64,000 nucleotides of DNA from the NCBI RefSeq assembly GCF_031769215.1, contig NW_026782284.1, positions 558,001 through 622,000 of the forward strand, given 5' to 3'. A model generated the notes under the pieces. It saw only the letters and a list, made by a program, of their open reading frames with translations. It did not search any database and was not told where the DNA came from. A program made the position numbers and the translations under genes. Of this stretch, positions 25,901-36,377 are shown one piece after another. Numbering within the stretch: the first letter of the stretch is position 1; each line of letters starts with the position of its first letter. The stretch is from Ylistrum balloti. Lineage: Eukaryota.

Positions 25901-27310
25901 TTTAGACAGCGTGGTAGCGAAGGACAATATCACATATACGGACTGGCGATCTTAGTTTAACTTATATGTGAGCTACATCTAAAGAGATGGAAATACCTAG
26001 GAGAATATAAAATGATTCGGCGGCAGGAAAATGATATGAGCGAATGAGTAATATCATCACCCTGAAGGAAATCGAATCGATTGGAAATTTCATGTCATTA
26101 ATAAGTAATGAAATCGACGTGTTTCAATGGGTACGATAAAGGAATATAATGATGGTGAACTTTGTACACTTTGTACTTGTATAGTAAATATCAATGTCTA
26201 CAAAATTCTACTTCTATCATATACAGATACCAATCAAGTTATTACTAATTAACGATGTATGAGACATACCTATTAGTACATCTGTATTTCACCTCATTAA
26301 AGGTACATTATCCACTAACTATGGTACATTCATCATAGCACATCAATTAATCACATCTACATCTCTCATTTAAATAAAGTGATGTGTCTGATCAGAAGTG
26401 CAGGTTGTACAGTTCACCATCTAACGCTCTTAATAACATAATTTAAAATAATTCAAATAATTGCAGACACGACTAATGTGTAGAGGTTTTACAACGAGTG
26501 GCAATTGATTGTCATCGTTATCTAACTCGAGTTAGTAAATTTTCAAATTTAGAAAAGCCTCGTGAAAATTAACTAACGAGAGTTTGATAACGATGTAATC
26601 AACTGACACGAGATGCAGAACTTCTTTCTACCATAATCTTTTAACGTAAATATATATATTGTGTACAACATTATTTCGCCCCAATTGACACTTTCGCGAA
26701 AGAATGCATCGTAGATTGTCTTATTGGATCATTAATATGCAAAAAGAGACAAAATCGCTATTTTTGAAGCAAAGTACTTATTTATTAAGTAATCTTGTTT
26801 GGAAACATCCCGTTACATCAGTTCATTGAAACACGTTACAAAATTACACAAATTGTTAATCTTTTTTAAAAAAAAATAATTTGAAACTAGATTTTATTGC
26901 GGATAAGAGTTGTGCTTCTTCGCGGGAAAATGTGAATACAGATACGATTAATACCCCAGTCACATATGGCTTACAGCGAGTTTACGGCGCCTTTGCGGCG
27001 ACTGTAAGCCCCAAATCGTACGATGGCCGTGCGGTCACCTTACGGTGCTCTCACAATTTTTGCTCGCCGCAAACTCGCAGTGACGCTTGCAATTTTTTAA
27101 CTCCGCGTTAATTTTTTTCCAAAAACCGTAACGCTGCAGAGACGCCGTAGACGGCAAATACGTCGCATCTACACCGTACGGTGTCCGTAAGTTGACTTAC
27201 GGTTTTTCACCCGTCCCTGGTTCTTAAAAATCGTATTGCCACCGTGTATAAAAAAATCGTACGGCTACCTTACGGTGATCTTGCGGTATCCGTAAGGTGG
27301 CCGTACGAGG

Positions 27311-28546
27311 CAGAACCACCGGCAACGGGAAACTGTTATTGCAGCTATAGTTGTACTGGAAGACCGGCGGGATCGTAGGGAAAAGAAAAGACGAACGGTT
27401 TGGGTAAAACCCTGGTCGCTGCGGCGTGCCACCCTAGGACACTATGACACGTTAATGCAGGAGCTCATGAGGGAATCTCGGGGAGATTACAGGTTCTACC
27501 TACGCATTGAGCCCGACATGTTTTGCGAGATGTTGGAACGGCTACTTCCTAGAATCACGAAGAGGAAGGACTGCAGGCCTGGCTTGCCCCCTGGATTAAG
27601 ATTGGCCATTACATTGCGTTTTCTGGTAACGGGCGACTCATACCATAGTCTGTCGCTCAGTTTTCGAGTAACACCATCTCTATCCTTATGTCCCAAGTGT
27701 GTAGTGCCAATGTGGCCGACTATAAGGATGAGGTGCTGGTTCTCCTTTCGACTCCGAACGCCTGGCGAGAGTTGGCAAGTGGCTTCGCCAGAAGATGGAA
27801 CTACCCTCATTGCTAGGGAGCCATAGACGGCAAACACATCGCCATCAAGAAGCCACGACATTCCGGTACCGCATATTATAACTACACAAGGTTTGTGTCC
27901 ATTGTGTTCTTGGGGCTTGTCGATGCAGACTATAAGTTTTTGTGGGTGAACGTTGGTGCGAGAGGATCTGTCTGATGCTGGTGTCTTCAACGAGTCAACT
28001 CTGGGGTCTGCTCTTCGACAGAAAACCCTTGGCCTTCCACCCCCAGAGCGTCTACCGAATGATAACGAAGATACAACATATTTTAATGTGGGAGATGACG
28101 CCTTTAATCTGCGTACATAACTCATGAAGCCACACTCCCACCGTTACCTTGAGCACGACGAAAGAGTCTTCAATTATCGTGGCAGAAGGGTGGTCGAAAA
28201 CGCATTTGGGATACTCGACATGCGCTTCCGATGCCTGTTGACGCATTTGCAGACCACACTCGAGAACGCTGTTTTGATTACGAAAGCATGCGTCATTCTA
28301 CATCAGATAATGCGACTGAGATTCCCTAACGTCCAGAATGCAGACCTAGACCAAGAAGTAATCGACGGCCAGATAACATCAGGTGCATGGAGAGACCAAG
28401 CGATAATGCAAGAAATGGAAATCGTAAGACGTGCTCCCCGTGAAACACGAGAAGGAAAGCTCCTCCGTACAGCACTCAAGTACTACTACTGCAGCAAATC
28501 TGGAAGTGTACCATGGCAGGAGGCGGCCCTAAACTACAACTACTAG
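27311..28546 (+). pseudogene. Harbinger (HARBI1/DDE_Tnp_4-like) transposase pseudogene
   Basis: Motifs across frames: WVKPW, LAITLRFLVTGDSYHSL, RWNYPHC*GAIDGKH, DAGVF, GDDAF, FNYR..RRVVENAFGIL..RFRCL, ACVILH, GSVPWQ. Stops at 27814 and 28118 plus at least two frameshifts. Confidence 0.92.
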
Positions 28547-29190
28547 GACTGTGCTTTGTTAATGCTACTGCGTCACGCAGGAGGCGGCCCTTAACTACAA
28601 CTACCAGGACTGTGCTTTATTAATGCTACTGCGTCACGCAGGAGGCGGCCCTTAACTACAACTACCAGGACTGTGCTTTATTAATGCTACTGCGTCACGC
28701 AGGAGGCGGCCCTTAACTACAACTACTAGGACTGTGCTTTGTGAATGCTACTGCGTCACGCAGGAGGCGGCCCTAAACTACAACTACTAGGACTGTGCTT
28801 TGTTAATGCTACTGCGTCACGCAGGAGGCGGCCCTTAACTACAACTACTAGGACTGTGCTTTGTTAATGCTACTGCGTCACGCAGGAGGCGGCCCTTAAC
28901 TACAGCTACTAGGACTGTGCTTTGTGAATGCTACTGCGTCACGCAGGAGGCGGCCCTAAACTACAACTACTAGGACTGTGCTTTGTTAATGCTACTGCGT
29001 CACGCAGGAGGCGGCCCTTAACTACAACTACTAGGACTGTGCTTTGTGAATGCTACTGCGTCACGCAGGAGGCGGCCCTTAACTACAATTACTAGGACTG
29101 TGCTTTGTTAATGCTACTGCGTCACGCAGGAGGTGGCCCTTACCTACAACTACTAAGACTGTGCTTTTCTAATGCTACTGCGTCACGCAG
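28516..29190. repeat. 61-bp tandem repeat x11 beginning in the last transposase codons
   Basis: GCAGGAGGCGGCCCTTAACTACAACTACTAGGACTGTGCTTTGTTAATGCTACTGCGTCAC at 28516, 28577 ... 29187. Confidence 0.95.
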
Positions 29191-29838
29191 GATGTCATGC
29201 AAATAAAAAACTAAAGTGGTGTGATTTTATTTGTTTCTCTTATCTAATGTCGGTATTGACAGTGTCTGCAAGATTATAAACACAGTATCAAGATGCCAAG
29301 CACTTTTTATGAAGATTATAAACACATTATGAATTCGACAAGCATTATTGCATGAATTTGGAATTTAAATTGGTAAAAATTATCAAAAGGAACATAGTTT
29401 TTTGTCACCGTATAGTCATTTCGGTCTGTAAGACTATCTTCAGTTTACTCCGATTTAACAATATAAACTCCGATAACCACAATGACCAATAATCTGAAAA
29501 CCCTTCTTAATCATTGAATTATCACGAAACCTTGCACAACATCTATAATTGTCCATTCCTATCATCCAGATTTACAAAGAAAAGAAAGAACACAGAAGAC
29601 AAAACAAAAACTTGCTTTTATTTAAGCAAGGCATTGCTACCCTGGGCACCCTAGTTACAAACTATTTGACTTTTAACAAATTATTGCCTCCCTGGGCAAA
29701 GGTAATCGTACATGACACCATCTTCCTGGAAACTCTGATTACAAATATTATACATTTACAAAGTATTGTCTTCTTCGACACGATGTTTATCGGCACACTT
29801 GTTCTTTTACAAGTTATTTCTGACTATTATTACGTCCC

Positions 29839-30638
29839 CTATGATGTTAAATTAGTAGGGCCAAAGGCGGCACGACGATCGTTATGGGTCTGCATGCACG
29901 TAAATCCCTGTTGTCCTGAAGGTTGGTACTCGCATGAAGACTGCATCTGTGGCACCGGGTTCTGTCTGTATTGTGGACGCATGAAAGATCTACTGTCAGT
30001 AAACTGCTGCATAGGGTTTTGAGTAACAAATGCGTTGCCATGAATTGGACGCTGGGAGTCGATCGGCGCAGCTACCTCCGGGTGAACCTGATCGAGGTAG
30101 CGTAGGCCTAGTCCAAAGTCTCCCCTCTGAAAACGTCTGAAGCGGCTAGCGGAGACCTGATGTGCCACACTGTTCAACAACGATGCGAGTGTGTCTCTTT
30201 CTGAAGGCTGCTGGTACACTTTGTCAATCTGAAAACAATAAAACACAACATACATTGCTTAAGAGTGTTCTATCATTAAATATTACTGAATGCGAGGAAA
30301 ATTTAATAGGGGTAATAAAAAAAGGAAATGAATGAATATTTATATAATGTAATAACGATAATTGTATTATTAATATGTTACCTTGGACACAAGGTCCTCC
30401 TCCTTCTGACGGTTTTCTGTAATCATCTGGGACATGACATCACCCAAATCCGTCTTCTCTGTCTTTTTTCCCATCCGCTTTCTTTTGCTAGATATGGTGC
30501 TAGTTGTGGAGCCTCCTGAGCTAGGATTCTGACTAGGCCTATTTGGCTAATTGGAAAGTACAATTGATATGGCCCTCTGTTGGTCAGTATTCAGGTACTG
30601 CAACTGTTTATACTCTGGACGTTTCTGTGGCCAGATAT
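29839..30638 (-). pseudogene. Harbinger second-ORF (accessory protein) remnant, C-terminal exons
   Basis: Exons 30638-30382 (S/T-rich PSSGGSTTSTISSKRKR...; in-frame TAG at 30547-30549) and 30228-29839 (IDKVYQQPSERDTLASLLNSVAHQV...) join with GT-AG in frame. Convergent orientation relative to the transposase fits Harbinger. No MADF/Myb domain seen. Confidence 0.55.
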
Positions 30639-32499
30639 CTGTAAGAGGACAGTTGTTCATTTAACATGTGTTCACTAAAAAAACAGCTGATTTTGAGTGT
30701 ATGTTTATTATGAAATAAATTAAAAATTCTTCGACATGGATTTATAGAGTTTGAGATTATAATTTTCGTTATGAAGGTAAGTGTTTCTATTTTCATTATT
30801 TGTAACAACCTACACTTGCCTACCTCCATAATATGGGTAGGTGGTAATCCAGAGTCATTCAACTGTATCTGGATTCCGAAACGACCTTCCCCTACTTCAA
30901 CCTAATATCAAAGGTTGGGAAACCAAAATTACTGTATTTACCAATTACTATCCCCTTTCTCCCTCCACACAGTTTTACCGCATCATCGATCTTGACCGTC
31001 GGCAAGAGTGACAGATCGTCACTGTCAGCCATGTTGATGATGGACAGCAGACGATGAAAACAATCGCACGTGGCGAAAGTAGCTCGTGGTCACAGATCAT
31101 GGTTTGGTCAAATGTCAATTCCTCGCCAATAGATTTGACTGTCACCAATAGTACACGTGTGTATTATGGGTATGAATAAACAACGGATATGGTGTTTAAG
31201 GAATAGTCTGGGCGTGAGATAACATACGTATGGTAGAAATCATTATATCACACCATACATTATCTCTGGGATGATATGACCGAGTAAAACATTCGGGATT
31301 CGGTAATCAGCCTTATATTACCACCGCAATTAATTTGATCTGCAGCAAAATCACTTAATCTAAATGCAACATGGATTAAATATAATATGGTAGAATGAAG
31401 CAAAAGATGTTCACTCTTTCGGAACACCTGATCTTATTCTCCCTGTACTTCTTCAGGGATCTCGGTGTAAATCTTGCTTTTGTTCTTATTTCGCCATAGT
31501 TTTATGAAACATGATAATGAAGCACTTTATACATAGCGTTGCCTGAACGCTGACGTTCGTCTATGAGATATTTCAAAATGATAGGATAATTCAAGCAGAG
31601 GGGAAATCTGTACCCAACCAACGAACACTTCCTAATAAGCATTACAATGTCAATCGATGCGTGATTCGCAGTATTATTATTAAGCATTCTTCCATACCCT
31701 ATCAGATATAGAACGTCAGTAAAGATGCGCTTATTCAGTAAACTTCCATACTTTTAAAATACTAATAAAATACATAACAAATGTTCAAAAGAGACAAATT
31801 AACGTCACATAGGATAAGATATTTGACAGTAAAACAATGGACTAAACTGAAGCACCTCTAGGATCGTCAGCGATGCTATGAATCTATTGTTGAAACTGGC
31901 TGTTTAACTGAGGGAAATAAAAACTGGGCGAATTCTGCAGATTATCATATAAAAACAACTCATTTATACTATAAATACAGCTTACAAGGATGACGCATAA
32001 TCATAGAATCTCTATCATGGGCTTATTATCGCATTCAAAGAAAAAGTGTCCCAACGGCTCTTTTACTTCTTCGGGAGTCTGCGTGTAAATGTTTCTTTTT
32101 GCTCTATTTTCATATTGTTGTTATTGTTATTGTGACATACGGGACAGGACCTACTCAGAGATGAAAATTTCCTTAATAACGTACCTTAGTGGTATTTTTG
32201 ACCGATCAAGATCCCTACGAATGCTGGATAAAAATAGAGACTTTTATCAATGTTTGAAGGAAGGAAATGTATAAGTTCGAGGAGAAATCTTTAACATTTA
32301 AATGACAAGAATTCTACATTTTGGAAAATTGATTATTGATTAAATAAGTAGAACTTATTTGGTAATAACATGGTTATTCTACATCGATGGTCATTTGGGG
32401 ATTGTTAGAATTCACGCTTTCATCTTTTTTGTGTTTTTAATCATTATTTTTCTGACATCTTCTTCAGATTGGAAATGTCAATATAATGGAAGTTCACCT

Positions 32500-32950
32500 T
32501 CATCTTCTAACACAACCAGTAGAACGGTCACCTTCATCAGACAACACAACCAGTAGAAGATTCGGTGATTGCACGGTCACCTTCATCAGACAACACAACC
32601 AGAAGAAGATTCGATGATTGCACGGTCACCTTCATCAGACAACACAACCAGTAGAAGATTCGATGATTGCACGGTCACCTTCATCAGACAACACAACCAG
32701 AAGATTCGATGATTGCACGGTCACCTTCATCAGACAACACAACCAGTAGAAGATCGATGATTGCACGGACAACACACCTTCATCTTCTCAGACAACACAA
32801 CCAGTAGAAGATTCGATGATTGCACGGTCACCTTCATCAGACAACACAACCAGTGGAAGATTCGATGATTGCACGGTCACCTTCATCAGACAACACAACC
32901 AGAAGAAGATTCGATGATTGCACGGTCACCTTCATCAGACAAATGACCAA
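32500..32950 (-). repeat. 49-bp tandem array (~9 copies) of a degenerate hammerhead-like/PLE terminal motif
   Basis: Plus-strand unit CACGGTCACCTTCATCAGACAACACAACCAGTAGAAGATTCGATGATTG. Minus strand reads CTGATGA-A-GGTGA..TCATC-GAAT. Same family as 7785-7930. Confidence 0.75.
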
Positions 32951-33250
32951 TATGAGGTTTGCTAGTACCTGCATACGTGGTGTACGTCAGTACTAGCACG
33001 TTCCACACTGGTCATTTGTCTGATGACGTCAGTGAAAGTAGGACCACGCTGGTCATTTGTCTGATGACGTCAGTGTTAGTAGGACCACACTGGTCATTTG
33101 TGTGATGAGGTCAGTGTGAGTAGGACCATACTGGTCATTTGTCTGATGACGTCAGTGTTAGTAGGACCACACTGGTCATTTGTCTGACGAAGGCGACCGT
33201 GTAACAACTGAAACTTCATACTCAAATCTTCTATTGGTTGTGTAATAAGA
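32930..33250 (+). repeat. Inverted-repeat junction plus a ~49-bp plus-strand array ending in a decayed hammerhead-like motif
   Basis: TCATCAGACAAATGACCA (32932-32949) / TGGTCATTTGTCTGATGA (33009-33026) are perfect inverted arms. CTGACGAAGGCGACCGTGTA..GAAAC..CATACTC at 33184-33222. Confidence 0.7.
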
Positions 33251-34185
33251 GCTCGAATTCTTTCATTCTTTATTCCTGTGATGTCTAAACCAGAAAACCG
33301 TGGATAGATTGAAAAAAAAACTGACTTGATATATTTTAAACATCAGCTTCGCAAATAGTAAGAAATGTCTCATAAAAGATATCGGATTTAGAAAAAAGTC
33401 ATTTTCACCAAACACTTTTCGATTTCCTTAATATTTTTCTACCTATTTTGGCAATCGGAGTCAAGATCGAGATGAAAAGGGGAAAAAAGGCCAGCGCTGT
33501 TTAGATATGTTTGAATTAGTTTCAGAAAAGAAATCTTACGACTCGGCACGACACGGTACCACCCGTTACCCCGTTTCTCCCTCCTACACTTACATCGCTC
33601 TGACGCCCACTTCATGATAACAGTCAACCTTACCCTTTAAAGCATAATAACTTCTCTGCCTTTCGGATCACTCATTTTTTTCAACTTGTCATTTAATAAA
33701 AACATACGTCATACAAGGGGGAAATCTTTTAAAAACAATTCGTTTCTGAACAAAACAGGGGTCGATTAGTTAATTTTGAAAACAAAGAAATTTATATGTA
33801 AATTCCTGACCATAAAGGAAATTGTTGTAAAGACAATTACAAGAGCTGGCGGCACCCAGCACGGACAGTCGCTTGTGCGTTTGACAGACGGCCGTAGAAG
33901 TGTAACAAACCCCAGCGGGTGATCCTAGGCATATTCGTATGACGGCAATATGGTGAATGAATCGTCATGTGTTTCAAACATATTCAATAACACAGTGAAA
34001 CAAGCCATTGAGTGCCATTATCACTTGTCCTGCTAACTAATAGAAATACGAACGGTTTCTGCATCTCAACAAGTTAGTATTAGGCCTGCTTGTCACAGTG
34101 GTGAATACGTGAAGAAAAACCGTTGGCTCAATGCATATATTACGGGGGATAGTTGGTGACCTGTCTCCAACAGACACAGCCAGGG

Positions 34186-34285
34186 TATATATACATCCCC
34201 TGGGCCCAAGGTACCGCAACAAGTAAGAGAGCTCGGACATCGGACGTAGTAAACAAATTGCACTGGACATTACACCAACATACAG
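34186..34285 (+). promoter_or_regulatory. Putative NPF TATA box and non-coding exon 1
   Basis: TATATATA at 34186-34193, followed ~90 nt later by a strong donor ACAG|GTAAGA at 34285. The coding exon at 36374 begins with an acceptor 4 nt before the ATG, so an upstream UTR exon is required. Confidence 0.55.
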
Positions 34286-35678
34286 GTAAGAATGTTTCAT
34301 TTTCTTTCTAAAAAAAATATCCTCTTTTTTATCAGCATGTCTACTTTTCAGTTGGGTTGACTTCCAAGTGTGATAAGATGTTATTAAAAAAAACTCACTA
34401 CCATAACAACATTACTCTAGATCTTAAACATTATTTTTGTGACTTAAAGAAACTAACTTTACCAAGAACATTTTTATTCTTTTATGTTTTAATGTTAACT
34501 CTAAAAAAGTTTGCCTGTTAAAAAAATATGACACAAATTGCTAAATTAAATTATCAAAGACTCATCGGAAGTATAAATGGTTTTCATTGTCCGTCCTTGC
34601 TCGTTTCAGAATATTTGTATTAAGAACACAAGAAATTTCGTTGACGCTTGATTTCGTTGCTAAATATAGCTAAGTAAATCTATAGATACTTATCCTAACT
34701 GTTCGTGGACATATAAATTCGTAGATTATGAGGACTCACCAATCAACTAAAATAAAGCCCACGACAATGGATTAGTTTACAGTATACTAGTTACAAGTAA
34801 ATATTCGTGTTCTATCGTGATACTACAAATGCAGCATAAAACATTACTGGGTAAGGTATATGAGTTTTATAGTTAAGAAAAGGATCACAGTTGGTATTTA
34901 AAATATAGTTTACTGGAAGTATTACAGAAATTAATGGGCATCTTCTTACTTCAGAATTATGCAATCGTTAAAACAGTCAACATCAGATGAAACATTTAAA
35001 GATGTCATCCTTTGAAAATTTCAATGAGATATTTTTTTCTAAACAAAGGTTTAGGTAGTTGATACTGAAAATTTGATATTATCAATGCATCGTAATCTAA
35101 GGTGTTATTTAGAGAATAAATTTCAACGTTTTAAAGCGAACTAAAAGCTTCACAAAGAATGTAAGGCATAACACAAACATTGAATGAATAAAGTAATATT
35201 TTAAACATATAACTTTTAGTTGAAAATAATAGTTTTTAGATTATGAAATGTATTCCGGTAGTCTTTTAACCACCTATGGATAAAGGTTATTGGTTATCGA
35301 ATTTCTTCGCTATTGAGCCTGGAAATAGCAATGTATTTTCTGCAACCGAATAAATATGATTATATCCCTAACTTTGGTCACTTTGCTGACCTCTTACCGT
35401 GTTGGGATCAACACATCGAAAATAGCCGCCATTGTTTCTGGTAACGTTCGTTCTACTGTGTGAATGGCGGCACCGGCGTCTGTACTAAAGCCATTCACAG
35501 CCATTGAACTACCTAACGATATTGACCGGTAATTAGTGATCTACAACACATGTAATTCTGATCTGCTGATTCCATAGAAGAAAACAAACAAACTGAAGAA
35601 GTCACACTGTCATTTACCTGTCGTGGCCGTCTAGGTCCACCATCTTGACAAGACCATTCCTTTACAGGTCCACGACAG

Positions 35679-35711
35679 TGAGTCACGTGATAATGGAACT
35701 CCCTGACGTCA
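35679..35711. promoter_or_regulatory. Clustered AP-1 (TGAGTCA), E-box (TCACGTGA) and CRE (TGACGTCA)
   Basis: Exact consensus matches at 35679-35685, 35683-35690 and 35704-35711. Confidence 0.45.
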
Positions 35712-36377
35712 TATTAGCGTGGTTAGTACTGGAGTTTTACTAGATTTGATAAATCCGTGATATTATTTTCAAAGGGATTAGTTTGTGTTGCTCTATTATT
35801 TCCTAGATAATTCTTCCGCTTTACAGTACGTACTTAGTAGCGGCAAAATGTATGATGTTATTTCAGGTTTCAGATGTTGATGTGTTCGCGACTTACTCCA
35901 ACCAATACGGATGTAATACACTGAATGGTGTAATACTGGCAACTTGTCATAAGACTTTATATCGAATAGATCTGATAATCACGCTATTGCATGAAGTTTC
36001 GTTCCAACATCAGATTTCATTACATTTTTTGAACACACAATATTAATTAACTAAATGAGCATCATTTGTAATGTCTGAAAAACAGAAGTAAAGACGTTTC
36101 CTTTTTTATTCATTTACACTGAAATCGCCATGTAACATAGTTATACACATCAAAATGCCAATTTGAATAACAAATATTTAAAATGTTCTACAAACGGAGA
36201 TCCGTGGCCTCTCTAGGATATCGATCTAACAATATTGGTTATAATTTTTAATTTCGGTGACAAAAATTAAACTCATACTGCAAACAGGCGATGTTTTGAA
36301 AATGAATAAAGGTTGATTTTTCCTTTGGGACACCGATTTCAAAATGTTGTATAATGTATTTTATTCCTTACAGAAAT

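Larger units (their letters stand above)
26952..31030. mobile_element. Decayed PIF/Harbinger DNA transposon (putative left end present, right TIR not found)
   Basis: Harbinger transposase pseudogene (+) convergent with a second spliced ORF remnant (-). The GC-richer subterminal region starts TACCCCAGTCACAT immediately after TTA/TAA, the typical Harbinger target. Confidence 0.75.
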
